64,000 bases of DNA from Glaucostegus cemiculus (GCA_976551045.1 CDPCPM010000026.1:14074001-14138000), one strand, 5' to 3'. Counted from the stretch's first letter, positions 37,321-51,518 are shown. Made by a program: numbers and translations. Notes: generated by a model not told the origin, from the letters alone.

Positions 37321-39129
37321 TGTGATCAAAAGCAAAGAAAACGATATCCAACATATTGCTGTTGTTAGCACTTACCAACACATGTTTAAAATGTGACAAT
37401 ATTCATTCAAAATTTTAAGCCATGTATAAATCCATCTAAAAACTGATTAATGCAGGGATAATGAAACACTTACAATGTTCATCTACTATCACAAAAGGTC
37501 TTTATGGGCATAAAGTTCACTTGACAATATTGACAAGAATAAAAAGAAGTTTGGTAGCAATGGACTATTAAACTAAAGAGCTGAATTGACACCGAAGAAT
37601 GTAAATATGTGATGAAGGATCTAGGTCCTCTTGGACTCCCACTGATTCACAGTACAAACCAAACTGACACAAGGCATAAAGAAAAAGTGTGAGGTATGCG
37701 TGTGTGCTCATACATGAGATGGAATCCCTCTCCATCTGCTCTCAACCTTCTCTCTTTTTTCCTCTTGTTCCATCTCTTCCTATCCTTATGTTATTCTCTG
37801 TTCAGCACCAGAATTAGCTTAGTAGAGTGGAACAGATTTGAGATCAATTTGAATTTGCCAAAAGGAAAAATAAATGATTGGAGGAGATGTGTTAATATTA
37901 ATTTCAGGGAGATTAAGTTCACGTGGAGCTGATTGTCTGCTGCTAGGTAGTGACTTGGGGCTTTCGAAAGCAGCATATTAGCACATCTGTATTGTAGGTC
38001 AGTGAGGTAGTTAGTGGTGGTGAAAGGAGTACTTTGTGAAGAGGGTTAAAGGTTTGATAAGTAATCATTAAACATCCATGAGGACAGAACAGAAGCTGTA
38101 ATTAATATGAGGATTAACCAATCTTATAAGGTGGACTGTTAAATTTTTTAAAATGTAGTTTTATCAAACTTGATCTTAAGTGGGCTCCCATACATTAGCT
38201 CCATTAGTAGATTAATTAACAAGATATTAATTTTATAACCTCCCTGATTTTGTAGGGTCACATGCATTGGATCTCATTAACAATTTCTTTTCATTTTGTT
38301 ATTATCTTTCCTTAACACCATCAAAAGAGATTAACCGGTCATTTATCCCTTTTGCTGGTTGTAGAATCTTCCTATGGATTTAGTTGTTTAAAAAACACTT
38401 TCAAGGTAATTATTCATCTATAGAGAAGAAATGAAATTCATAATGTATGCATAATTCATTCATTTAGTTTTTCTAAATATGAGCCTCCCCACCCATATTC
38501 TCTCATCAAAATACAGAATGCTCCTCAGAACTTTCCATGCCCGAGTCAACAAAGAGAAGAGACAGAAAAATATATAAAGGAAATTCATCAAAATAAGAGT
38601 TCCACCAGAATAGTTAATGAAGGAAATTGCTTCAGGGTCGAGGAGGACCTATTATTGAACCCCCTAATTAACTCCATGCTTCAGAATTTCCAACGTCATT
38701 CTAATGAGGTAAAATCCTCATTACTAAATCACCCCTTCAATATTTTCATAAAAATCTTTACTAACTTGAGCTACTATTAGCTGATCACTCTTGGAGTCTT
38801 GGCCCAGTGGCCATTTTGATGACTCGATTCAGACGGTAACAATGTTAACTCTGGATCAGGTTTATGGGTTCAGGTATTACAGAAAACTTTATGCATCAAT
38901 GTTACATATTCCAGTACAGTCCTGAGAGAATGTTACATTTCTGGACCTTGGAATAAGATAATGAACTGAGATCCCATTTCATTGTTTAGTGGTGCATACC
39001 AAAATTCCTGTGGGCCTTCCTGAACAACGTCAGAACATCACCCTCCACAGCCAAAACCACCAAGGAAGGATTAAATGGTTGTCAATTTTTTTTTGAGTGG
39101 GAGATAGGCAGATTGGAACATGGCAGATC

Positions 39130-39440
39130 GCAAATTCAAGGGAGGTCATTCAGGCCATCAAGGCTTTTCAGGCCTATGCCGGCTCACTGAGAAATCCTGT
39201 TCCTCACTAATTTTCCCCATAACCTATTATTTCTCCACTCCCATGAACTCAGCCCAGATTCTACTAATTACCTAGGGGCAGTTTAATGTGGCCAATTAAC
39301 CTCCCAACTTGCACGTCTTTGGGAGGTGGGAGGAAACAGAGCATCTGGAGGAAACTCACACAGTCACAGGGAAAACGTGAGCTCCACACAGGCAACACCT
39401 GCATCTGCTTGATCTCTACTAGTTTCACCACTGTACCACC
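39130..39440 (-). mobile_element. V-SINE
   Basis: Reverse V-domain GTCTTTGGGAGGTGGGAGGAAACAGAGCATCTGGAGGAAACTCAC. Confidence 0.75.
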
Positions 39441-39464
39441 CATGTGGTTGCAGCTGACAGTTCA

Positions 39465-40020
39465 TAAGTTAAATGGTATTTACCCCTGACTGCAAGAAGA
39501 CTTGAGTATAAATGTAAATATGTCTTACCATATAATAGGGCCTTGGTGAGACCAGACATGGTGTATTAAAAATGGATATACTTACTGTGGTGGGAGTAAG
39601 ATTCATCGGTCTGGTTCCACGATTGGCAGATTTGTCATAGAAAGAGAGATTGAGCAGTCTAACCCTCTGTTCATTACTGTTTAGAAGAATGAGAGATGAT
39701 CTCATTGCAACAAACAAAATTATTTGAGGGCTTGACAGGACAGATGAAAGAGGATGACTAATGGATCTAGAACCAGATATCACAGTTTCAAAATAAAAGG
39801 TAGGTCAGTTAGGGCAGAAATGAAGAGAGTGGCAAACCTTTGGAATTCCCTGCCCCGAAGAGTTGTCGAGAATCAATCATTGATTACATTCAAAACAAAG
39901 ATGAGTAGATTTCAGTTTTCTTAGGGATATGGGAAAGGGGCAGGAAAGTGGTGTCTGATGTAAAAGATCAGCTGCCTCCTGGGGTTGAATGGCCAACTTC
40001 TGCTCTTGTTCCTTTTGTAC
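39465..40020 (+). mobile_element. CR1 3' fragment
   Basis: CCTTGGTGAGACC...TTTAGAAGAATGAGAGATGATCTCATTG...TGGAATTCCCTGCCCC; typical CR1 3' ORF2/UTR. Confidence 0.75.
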
Positions 40021-40199
40021 ATACAAAGGTGAATTCTGCCAGCACAAAATGAATGCCATGTTTACCTGCAAGGTAGCAATCTGAATTCCAAAAATAATTT
40101 ATTACCTGAATCACCTTCAATTGTTTTGACATTATAAGGCATTACAGCATTTCAAAAGAAATGTTATTATTAATGCATAAGCCTTAGTATTTTAGATAC

Positions 40200-40830
40200 T
40201 CGGCTGAGGCGTGGAGTGTGAAAGTAGTGAGGTGTACAAAAACTGCATGAAACATTAGTTAGGCCTTAGTTACAGTCTTACATATGGTTCCATTCACCAT
40301 GTTACTGAAAGCGTATGATACCACTGGAGAGGGTGCAGAGGGGATTTACAAGAATATTGCCAGGGCTGGAAAACGTTAATTACAAGGGAAGATTAGCTTA
40401 ACTGGGGCTGTTTGCTTTGGAATAGAGCAGGCTCAGGTGACATTTAGTCCGGGTACAGAAATTTAGGCGAGGCCAAAATATGGTGAAAAGGAAGTTGTTG
40501 CTTCTATGCCTTCCCATTATTATCAGAGAGGGTAATAAGGAGAAGGCATAGATTCAGGAGAGCTGCTGGATGGTTTAAAGTGAACTGAAGGAAGCTCCTT
40601 CGACCAAAGGGTAGTGAGAAATTATGACTGTCTGAGGGGCAGTGGAGGCAGAAATCTTCATTATATTTAATAAGCACCTTAATGAGCACTTGGTGTATCA
40701 TAACCTGCAAGGCTTTAAACCAAGATCTGCAATGGAGTTCATCCAAACTGCCCTTTTTTTGATCCTTGGGAACATAAAGGACCATATAGCTTATTTCTCT
40801 AGTGTAAATTTCTATGGCTTGATTCTATAA
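40200..40830 (+). mobile_element. CR1 3' fragment
   Basis: CTGGAGAGGGTGCAGAGGGGATTTACAAG (LERVQRxFT) and tail TGTAAATTTCTATGGCTTGATTCTAT. Confidence 0.75.
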
Positions 40831-42419
40831 CTGGTGTTATCAGCAGGCAATTTGCTCATGGAACATAATGGTTAATTCTGATACCAACCCTGCCAAACAT
40901 CTAATCCATCAGCAGGACTCAGCAGTAGGAATCAGAAGCAGGAGTCTCAGCCATTGTTACCCTTGTGTTATCTGGCTCAAGTCACAAAATCCAGCACAGC
41001 ACAGGGATCCCACTTGGGCCTTTATGATCTGTGTTACTCAGAGATGAGGTTAACTCACATGGCAATTGCCTATTTTGCTTATTAACCTTAGCTGTTATCT
41101 TTTCAACCTGCATCGGTTTGCACAGAATCTCCATTTCAACTTGTAACGTACTCTCTGTATGTCCCTGTCTTTGCTGTTTTGTTACTTGGTATCTGTTTGC
41201 CTTTTCTGGTGGCTTTGGTTCTTACTTTAAGCAGGCATCAGCCTTAACTCCACCCTCTGGTTAACCAAGTGAGATTTTCTTGGGGAAGTTCATGTAGAAT
41301 TCTTGTAAGAAAGGAACAACAGAGAAAATGATTCCACAATAACAATATACATAATTCTGGAGTGGGAATTTGAAGGGCAACTATTACTTTATAAAAGGGG
41401 TTTATTTCAATCTGATAAAACAAGAGAAATCATACAAATGGAGACTCTTGAGAGGTGTGTCAAGGCCACTCCCCATACCACTCCATGTTTAGCTGATCAG
41501 TCTATTGTAGGTGAACAGTGGAAAATCATTCACAGTAGAGAGCAGCTAGATGGAGAAACAGGCACCCCTAGGACTGAAATACAGAATAATTTGTGCAGAC
41601 AGCAGGTATTCCCTCTCTTTTTCTGCCAAGCTATTTATATACAGCATTTGATCCATGCCCTGAATTGCAGTTGCATGGAAAATATGTCTACTGTATTTAA
41701 CGGAACCTGAACAAGTTAAATCCATCCACTCTTAATTTACAGTCACTTGCATTCTGTTGCCTCACTGAGACAATAAACTGAGATCCTTCTCAGTTTAGCT
41801 TTGCTATTAATGCCGACTGAGATCTGTGCAATCACATGTCAGTGTAAACTTAGATTCAGAAACAAATCTCCCATACTGGCTAACATGTTCCATCCTCTAT
41901 TGGCAACTGGCTCCCTGCACCACACCATCTGGTGTACCCTGCTCCCAGTAATCTCCTTCACTTTTCACTGCCTTTAGGAAATCCTTCAACAAAAACAAAA
42001 CAATATTAAATTAAAAATTATGTGTGGAAATGCTGAAAGTGGTTTACACAGGAGTAATCACATTTCTTTAAAATCAGTACAATGGTGTAACAGCCTGGCA
42101 TTATAAACAGGGCAGCTCCATTCCATTCACTCAGTGGATCTGAATGCTGAGCATATTATGGCACTGCAGTGCAGCACAAACAAAGCTGATGATATAATAT
42201 TATATAAGAGCCAACTTTCTCAGGAAATGTGCAGTTGTCCACCTGCTTTGCCCTCAAGAATCAAAAGGAAGGTTTACAGAACACACTAAATTATTTTTAA
42301 GTTTTTTTTGCAAACTTTATGCTCTTTTCCTTTCATAGCTTAGCAGCCTGCATTCACCCATCTTTAATGATAGCTGTGGATGGATTCCCCGCATGGGGTA
42401 ATCACATCTGCCATAAATC

Positions 42420-42840
42420 TCCAGTAGGTTATGGGTTCAATTCTCAGTCAAGATACTTGAGTGCAAAAATTCTGATACTGCAGTACTGAGGGAACACCGC
42501 ATTGTCAGAGGTGCTACCTGCTGGGGGAGATCTTAAACTCATGCTCTGTCTGCTTTCTCAGGGGGATGTGAAAATTGTTTGTTAGAAAGAGGCAATCAAG
42601 TGAGGACAAGATTATTTTGAAGAGCAAGGAGCTGCCCCACATATTCTGGTTAATACTTATCTCTCACTCAATATTGCTAAAGCAGATTAGGTAGTCACTA
42701 CTACTTTGCTGTTTGTAAGAGTGTATATGTGGGTTATCACATTTCCTAAGCTTCACTCTGCTTTGTTGGTCATACAGTACTTGGGGACCTTCTGAAAGGA
42801 GAGTGAAAAGTGCTAATAAGAATGCAAGGTCTTACTTTCA
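42420..42840 (+). mobile_element. Deu-domain-type SINE (SacSINE1/AmnSINE-like)
   Basis: B-box-like GGGTTCAATTCTC, GCAGTACTGAGGGA...ATTGTCAGAGGTGC, TTTGAAGAGCAAGGAG, 3' tail AATGCAAGGTCTT. Confidence 0.7.
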
Positions 42841-43004
42841 AATATTGAACTATTTATTTGAACTTTCAGATAGGACATCTGCCATTGGATTTTCTTTGAT
42901 GTATCCAGTTCTTAGGCAAAACTGTTTTTTTTTAGGAGAACATAAGTATCAGCTGAAATGGAAGTGCTGTATCTTGACCTCTTGGTCAGTGGAGTACACA
43001 GCAC

Positions 43005-43450
43005 ATCGAACGTAGAATAGTACAGCACAGGAACAGGCCCTTCAGCTGATGATGTTGTTCAGAACTAATTAAGCTAATGACACCTACTCCCTTCAGCTTG
43101 CACATGGTCCATATCCCTTCATTTTCTGCATGTTCATGTGCCTATCTAAGAGCCCCTTAAATGCCTCAGTTGTGTCTGCCTCCAGCACCACCCCAGCAGC
43201 ACATTCCAGGCATCCACCACTCTCTGTGAAAAAACTTGCCCCGCACCTCCTTTGAACTTTCCCCCTCTCACTTTAAATGAATGCCCTCTAGTGTTAGACA
43301 TTTCAAATGTGGGAAAAAATATTGGCTATCTACTCTATCTATGCCTCTTATCATTTTATAAACTTCTATCAGGTCTCCCTTCAGCCTCCTCCATTCTAGA
43401 GAAAGCAACTCTCTCCTCAGAGTACATGTCCTCTAATCCAGGCAGCATCC
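43005..43450 (-). mobile_element. CR1 3' fragment
   Basis: Reverse complement closely resembles 13200-13570 (TACAGCACAGGAACAGGCCC...CTATCTAAGAGCC). Confidence 0.85.
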
Positions 43451-45199
43451 TGGATTACAGTAGTGGTCAGATACCAGGCTGCTCAAGAAAGCCAATCTGC
43501 TGCTCCTGGAGGACTCTGATGTTTCACTACCTACCTCCCCCTTGCACCTCAAGCACTGGCTTAGTTCAGCAGAAGGATGTCTGCCACACACTCTTTTAGT
43601 GACTTTGATGACAGAATTAAATAGTTGGGGGTTTTATAAATTAGTCAATTTTCCTAGCTGAGGATGAGGTACATTGTAATTTAATAGTTTCACTCAAGCC
43701 ATCCAGTGAAGGAAGTTCTGTCTGAATACAAATAGTCTGGGAGTGAGGTAAAGAAAGATGATATGATGGGGGATCCCTGTTCAAGCAAACTATCCTGTGA
43801 CTATTGCTGGAAGCTGTGAACGTGTGGGAATTAACTGTGAACAGGATTAGGTTGGGCTTTAAGAGTTTGCTGGTACTTCATGTGTGCATCACACCTAAAT
43901 CTTGGACACCAAGGAAAAATACTTGAGGGTTTTTGGTGTTGCTGATGCTGCCTTAGGATATCCTGCTGTCATTAAAGACACATATAGCACTGGTCATGTG
44001 TCATTTTTTCTTTATTTTAAATGGTTAACATTAAAATTGAAACCCTACATTTTCATATAAATGTAAAATATAATAATATCTTACCATAAAGTTAAATATA
44101 CTTTGAAATATGTTCCTTAATCTAATCAGTTTATTAATAATTTATAGCATTTGTTTAATGAATGAAATTCATGGAGCTAATAGGAAGAAAGGAAGTGAAT
44201 TTTCTACTTTCTATTCCTTTGAATCCTGTGGATTAAACCAATTGTGCAAATTAATAAATTATTCAAATCAAGAATAATGTGAAAGCTCTTTAACGCCAAT
44301 TTATGAAGTTTTCCCTCTATATTAACATGATGCTTTTCCTCTCCTGTTCCAAGCCATCTTTATGGCCCGTCAAGTTGAAACTGTTGGTTTAATGGCAAGA
44401 TACTGGATTCTTTTCTATTGTGGATTTAGCTTCATCAGATGCAAGGTTGGAATTCTTCAACTTGATGTCAAGTTAATTTCGCAAGCATTAAAAAACATCT
44501 TTATTCCATCAGTCTAGCCTTAATTCAAACCTAGACCTGGAAACAATCAACTATGCTGCCCATTCCAAGGAAGTTGGAGAATATGAGTAAGAAAGTCTAG
44601 GTTCAATTGTATGGGGTATTATATAGTTTTGTCTTCTGGCTGAAGGTAAGATATACTTGCTTAAGAGGTAGTGTAACAAAGAATCATTCTTGGGGTGAGA
44701 GGTCCGTTTGAACACATCTCACAACCTATACACACTGCCAACTATTCAACTGCAGGAGGCACATTATTTAAACAAATTGGATGACATTCACTGTCACACT
44801 TCCCTTTCTCTTGCAGGGTAAGCTGGTTCAAAACTGGTCACTTCAGCAACCAACTGGGGGAGTTCAAATGGGCTTGAATAGCTAAATCCCAGGGAGGAGA
44901 CAGTGCTGAGTAACGCTGGTTTCCCATTGTTGAGCCATGTAACCTGCTGGGTTAAAACCATTGAAGATGTTTTCATACCTCTTCCTTCTCCACACATACT
45001 ATCTCCTCCTCAACTACACACCACCCTTTTCCAAGACAGAGGGAAAGGACAATCCAGCTGTTAGCTCACTGTGCTCTGTTGTGGAGGCAGGGGTTGTGGG
45101 GTGTGGGTAGGGTTTAGATGAATCTCCTACAGAATAATAAGGCTAATAGTTATGTACAGTTAACTTGGAGACAGCTTAGTCATTTAAAACTAAGTATCA

Positions 45200-45450
45200 T
45201 AAAAACAACTTCTTATGGAGGGTGGTGAATCTACAGAATTCTCTACCCCAGCATGTTGTGGAGGCTGAAACACTAGAAGTATTTAAAGAGGAGGTAGAGA
45301 AATTCATGAAACATTGGGGAATTGGGAGCGATGTGGCACTGGGGCAAAAGGGGAGTTGAGACATGCAGCAGATTAACCATTGATTGACAGGAAACCCTGG
45401 GAGGCCAGGTGGCCTACTCCTCCTCCCCATTTCTTCTATTCTTGTGATAT
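45200..45450 (+). mobile_element. CR1 3' fragment
   Basis: GAGGGTGGTGAATCT...GTGGAGGCTG...GGCCTACTCCTCCTCC...TTCTTGTG. Confidence 0.75.
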
Positions 45451-45859
45451 GTTTAGTGCACTGGAAAGTCAACCCAAGACACTAAGTCCGGCGGAGCATG
45501 GAGAATTCAGCACCAACTGGTCCTCAAGTGCTAAAAGTGCTAAATCAGGGGGCAAGCAATGGAGCACTAACCTGTTCTCTCAGGAAGAAAACAATTCATC
45601 CAGAACACCAAGACAGCAAAGACACACAGAAAGCAGGCACTAAGGGATGGATAATGTCATTAACTTTGGAATGTGTCATCATTTGATTTATAAATTTGGT
45701 ACAGAAGGTTTATTTTTGTCATGCAGTTTTAAGTTTTTGCCTTATTTTTCAAGGGAACATTAATGTGGTCAGTACCAGAAAAAGTGTAGTGTTTATGACC
45801 ATTGGTGAATAGGGAATTGAGATCTGATTACTGGCATCACATTCAAATGAGTTCTACAT

Positions 45860-46090
45860 GAGTTCTTTCTCTTCTTCCTCCACCTCTTCCTCATTTGCTT
45901 GATCTTTAACTGGTCACTGTACAGCTGGTGGCAAGAACGGGTTCTCTTGATAGTGAGTTTATGGAGCATGCACCACCATGGATCCTGACATACTTGCCAA
46001 GTAAATCCAGCTGTACTAGAGCAATCCAGGTGGTGGCTCTAGCATGCTGAAGACTTATCTGGATATAAGAATATGGTCATCTTCCATACT
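45860..46090 (-). mobile_element. Harbinger transposase C-terminal relic (element perhaps ~45470-47400)
   Basis: Reverse strand reads CMLHKLTIKR...LPP followed by acidic EEEVEEE, like the 29150-29430 relic. Confidence 0.45.
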
Positions 46091-49000
46091 CTTAGCTTTT
46101 CCCCTCATCATTGGTATTATAATGCTTTGCCATTCAGTACTCTCTCCTTCAGCGTAAAGTGAGGCCGCCACACCTGGCCTCTGTAGTTAGCTGCTATTGG
46201 CTCATTATGTGCCAGTTTACACTAGAAAAGTGGGTGAATTATGTTATTGAGTGCCACACACTTTTAGCTGATGGCAGTCATGCTTAAATCCAAGGTGTGA
46301 GGTGTTAGAGTGAGGTTTGCATTATTTGTGATTATTAAAGGTTGTGTTGGAGCAAGTGAATGTTAGGTGTGAGTCCCAGTTACTAGCGGTTGCTGAAGGG
46401 TGAGGGATGGGGTGTTCCATTGAGCAGTGTGTGTGCAGTTGGTGAAATATGGTATTTGAAGATTAATTTACTGACGTGAACCACATGTGTAAGGTCAATA
46501 CATTATTATGACACTGCATCTAGATCCTTGGGGCTTGATTCATGGCATTATTCCCCCAAAAATGTCTCCTCTCATTGCACTTTGATTGCATTTCTGGTGA
46601 GCTTCCTGGCCCTCTGTGGTTGCTGGATCTCTCACCTCCCCACGTTCCACTGACCTATTCCAGGGCCTTAACGTTAGTTTTGGAAGTCATTGGAGTACCG
46701 TCCTGCTGGCTAGTTACAATCACCTCCAGAATGAATATCACCTCTGCAGCTACATTACACCCCTCTTAAACAGCTGAAAGCTGGCTTGAACTTGTATTGG
46801 GCAGATCTAGAGATGATTAGACCAACAGACCAGTTGGTGCCAAGTGAATGTCTTTTTTTGCAATGAACAGGCAGTACGAGTTCAGTATATGATCTGTGTA
46901 AGATCAAACAGGCAGAAGTTAATTGCACATCGTGATTCCACCTCCCTTTTTGTGTACTGACCAATTTATCCCCAGACGTATCTCTCTAGCTTTGCAAGCA
47001 CTTTCTTGAGCACAACCTTCTTTGTCACAAAATTAAAATCATATTTCCTCTATATTAAATTGCCTCTACTTGTCATTCACTTGCCTCTCCACTGATTAAT
47101 CAATCCAGTGATGATCCTTCCAATATTCCATGGCAGCAGGTGTTCTGTTATGAATATCTGTGCCTAGAAATTGATCAGCACCAGCACGGTATGTGAGATG
47201 GCTGCTGGAGAGTGCACCACAGCCATTTTGGTTGCTGGACCCTGTTTGCACTTTTAGTAGTGACTGAAGCTCAAGGCATGTGGTGTTACTGCATCAGCCT
47301 TCCATGTGTTAGTGCATTCTGTACATGTGCTGCACCATGGAGCACACAAGGGAAAGCAGGTAAGTCTGGGATCATAGAGTCACATGATAGAACAGAATTT
47401 GGGTGGTAGAGAAGGTTGCGAGTTATTGGAGGAGTTGGCCAATGGTCAGATGCCAACAATGGTGAGTCAGGGTCCTGCTATCAGTGGTCAGGGATGGGAC
47501 AGTGTGCTCATTGTGTCAGGTGCCTACAATCTACAGTTGTGGGGAACTGCAGTCAGCAGTCTCAGGGGGTTGATGAGTCTGGGGCGAACAATCAGCAGTG
47601 TGGCTGGAGAGGGAGGGGGAGGCTGAGTTGGGAGCCTCTGATTGGTGGCCTGGGCAGTCAGTGAATTGGGGGTCTTGGTCATGCAGTGGGAGTAGAAGGG
47701 ATAATCAGGTGATGGTTGTGAATGTGGTAGAGGTGGGGAAGAAGCAGAAAGAGAACAAATAAGTAAACAAATTAAGAAGGAACTTGCTTTGTTGGGCTGC
47801 GAACACTGGGCTGAGACATGCTAGGGAGCTGCCCATTTCAGACCAAGCAGGGCTGTTAAAACTTGGTTGCACTGAGAGTGCCCAATGGCTGGTATATTTT
47901 CAGAACAATGTGACCTAATCTCTTCCAGTGATGCTCCTAGTAATATTGCAAGGGGATTTATGTCATTGCTTGCGTTTGTGGCAGAGAGAACAGCTGATCC
48001 ATGGAAATCAGGAATTGCCTGGTTGAATTTCTCAAGTGGTGCAATTTGACCAGAAACCAATATCGTCTCATTGCCCTTCAGAGAACATTGATCTTTCATA
48101 TGCATAGCAACAAATAAGACAGCACAATGCAACTATATTTCTTGGCAATCATTTCTTATCTGATGTCAGCTGAACACCTAAGATTTACCTCCAGCAGATG
48201 AAATGCCAGGTTTCTTGGATCTGTGAGAGGCCTTTCCATTAGCCACTCTACTGTGACAGTCAAAATCTATTAAACATGAAAGCTATGGAATAAAAAAGGT
48301 AAATACTTCAGTTTGACAGTACCCCATCCACAGTGCTGATCTACTCTGCCGCACTGAAAGGAGATTTGAACTTGCAAGTTCTACGCAGATGAATTCTTCA
48401 AGCTGTAGTATTAGGGTCACACTCCAGCAGTATCTGTTAATGTAAATATTATATTTTCTATAATCTAAGGGCCTCCTGCCAGTGGTTAACTATAATATCA
48501 TTAGGTTATTTAATACTTAATGATAGATAACTGTCAGATAAATAGTTTTGAACCAGAATTACATCCTCTGTTGAAAAATGGATAATTGCCACGTGATTTT
48601 GAAAAACAATTCATTTCCAATGGTAATTTCTGCTGGTTATAGAATGCTGTATACAGCTGAGAAATAGACTAGATTGTGCACTCTATGTGCTTGACAAGCT
48701 CAAACTGTCATTAATATGGACAAAGAGAACAGCTTGCCTTCAAAAATTGTTCTGAATTAGCACAATAAATGAAACTGTCATTTTGAGACATCAGCGTGCT
48801 TGTAATAAAGCAACCAGCAAGGGCCATAGCACTAAATGACTCAGAGGGTGCCACAAATCAATATTTTCATGGGATAAAGGGACTGAAATGAACAAACATA
48901 CAAATGGCAGAACATTGGTACAAACTATGAGGGCAGTAAGAAGAACCCAGCAAAATTAAGTTATTCACTGTATTCAGAGAAACTGAATTTCTCTTTTAGC

Positions 49001-50281
49001 AATTGCATAGCTAATTAATCAGGTTTTCCATCTGTCAGACCTACATCCATTAATTTAATTTTAAAGCCAGATTTTTAAACCTTTTCATACACTGAACTTC
49101 TATCATACTACTTACTGCCGTATGGACACTTTTGGTTGAGTTTATTCTACAAAGTATCTGACAGTTTTTACAGTGCTCCTCTGGGACTGGCAGATAGGCA
49201 GTTTACTTAGAGCCGGGAAGACCAATTATACCAGTTGTTAATGGCTGGAATATAGAATATCCCACCATCTGAGGAATTCAATTCAGATGCCTGGTCAAGG
49301 ACAGCAAAACTTAAGCTCAAAAGATGGGCAGCACTAGGGAGTTAAATATTTGGCCATCTGGTGGGGAGGCAGGTGTTTCTGTGCCTGTGCTACCAGTCCA
49401 TCCAATCTACATCCATAGCCTCCTAAATATTGTCATTGGCAGAAGTTATCTTCAGATTTATAGGTTCTAACAAATCTAGCAAAAAGGAATTAACTGAATT
49501 TAAATTCCCAAAAAGTTAAAGAGGTAATGTTACTGTATTAATTTTCTACCAAAGATTTAGTAGGAAAATATCCATTAGCAAAATTAGCTACAGTTTCTGG
49601 CTAGCTAACAATGTGAAGTATACAGTAGGGCATGGCTAATGAATACCACAGTGGGTGATATTTCATTATACAAATTAATGCTCACATTTTAATGGGAAAG
49701 TCACAAAATGAATCGAGGCTTCAATGACAGCAATTAGAAACACAGATTGTCCCCTTCTAGACAAGGCACTGTTTAGCAATAAGCAGCTGTGCAATAGTCT
49801 TCATATTTACAGCATATAGGCTTAGGGGAATCATGTGGACAATTTATATTAGTGCACTGTAGCTTTCCTGTGAAGAATATTTATTTTAGTCTTTCTAAGT
49901 ATTAGTGCTTAATTATCAGATGATAGGAAATACATATGTATTAATATAAAATTCTAACAAAGGACTTGGTAGTTTATAAAATTTCTGCGGAATCAAAGCT
50001 TGAAGATAAAGGTTACTTTGTTGCATATAAAATAAATCCATTTATCACAAGTGAGTAACTCTGGTAATGGGCAATCTGTGTTGAAAACATTTAATAAAGC
50101 TTAGAGACTAATTTTAATTTTTTTAACAGATAGAAATCATTTACCTGAAGACTCAAAGCAGCATAGCATATATCAAAAGTAACACTTAAAATTATCAGGA
50201 TAAACTGCAACACTTTCAATTATTCCATCCAGGTCTGTGCTTCTCCATGATATTAAAATGAGGTCATCTGGTCCCACTGGG

Positions 50282-50300
50282 TGACCTTTGACCTTTGACG
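50282..50300. promoter_or_regulatory. Perfect DR1 nuclear-receptor element with a third half-site
   Basis: TGACCT-T-TGACCT-T-TGACG; additional AGGTCA at 50261-50266. Function is inferred only. Confidence 0.4.
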
Positions 50301-51261
50301 ACAATTTCTTATTATGCCAAGTGCCATTTTGAATAATGCAGGTTTAGTCATGGAAGTTCAGCCAAATACGCGGCATAAATATAAAGATTGTGTTAATCAG
50401 GCATTACCTATGTTGGTGGTTAATGTATTGATCTGTATCCCTAGCTATAGATTTGAAAGCAAAAAAACGGATTTCAGTTATTAGTTTTAAAAATGTTTAT
50501 TATTCCACCTTTAATCATATTGCTGCTTAAATTTTATAGTTGCTTAAAGGTAAAGATTATTCCAAAAGCAGAGCTCATTTTTAATGCAACCTGCTGAACA
50601 ATTAATAACCGTCATATACCTCATGCAGCATATGCAGATATTAAAGCAAGCTATGTAATGGAAAATTGAGAGTCATGCATTGAAGAAGTTATTCAATGCT
50701 CTCTTTGTTCACCATGAATAAAGCATTCTTGCATATGTTACATTCATTACTAATAAAACAGACATTTAAAAAAATGATAACCAGTGCAAGGCCATAAAGT
50801 TATGCTGTGTGACCCTGGACTATTGCAAGATAGAAGCCTGTATCTGGCAAGTTGTGAATGTCAGTTATTGTACTTGGCACAGTTACTCTCCATAGATACA
50901 AAATATTGAGTTTTAAGAACTTGTATTTTGTGTAATGGCAAGGATGAAGGGTGCACTGTGCAAACACAAGACTGTAGCAGAGTTGATGGAAAACTTTGCC
51001 ATCAGAAAACTAGCATTGATTATTGGTTGATATTGGGATAAAGTTGAATCTATATGCTTGGACAAAATATTGGCTATGGCTGTGCTCTATGTTAACTTTC
51101 AGTTTCAGTCTTACCAGCACATAATTTCACCTTCAGTTTCCCCATATTGCCAGAAATTGGTTTTTTTTTTCAATTTTCAAGGAAATAATATTTAATGAGC
51201 ATCTGCTGTCTCCATATAGTCAATCATCTTAAGAGTCATGGAGTCATCCCATTTGCCAGTG

Positions 51262-51518
51262 TCCAGTCCATATCACCCTCTTCAAGAGGTGGTGCTTCAA
51301 AAAGGCGGCATCCATCATTAAAGACCCTCACCATCCAGGACATGCCCCTTCCTCATTACTACCAATGGGGAGGGGGTACAGGAGCCTGAAGGCACAGACT
51401 CAACATTTTAGAAACAACTTTAGAAACAACAAATTTTTATGCCCTGCACTGTACTGCTGCTGTAAAACAACAAATTTCACAACATATGTCAGTGATAATA
51501 AACCTGATTCTGATACTG
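51262..51518 (+). mobile_element. Rex1/Babar-type LINE 3' fragment
   Basis: Reads CFKKAASIIKDPHHPGHAPSSLLPMGRGYRSLKAQTQHFRN; tail AATAAACCTGATTCTGAT. Confidence 0.75.

Noticed and set aside
24135-39440. Inverted V-SINE pair driving circularisation of the 153-bp exon
   Set aside because: The copies are opposite in orientation but old, diverged and about 7 kb from the exon on each side; no direct support.
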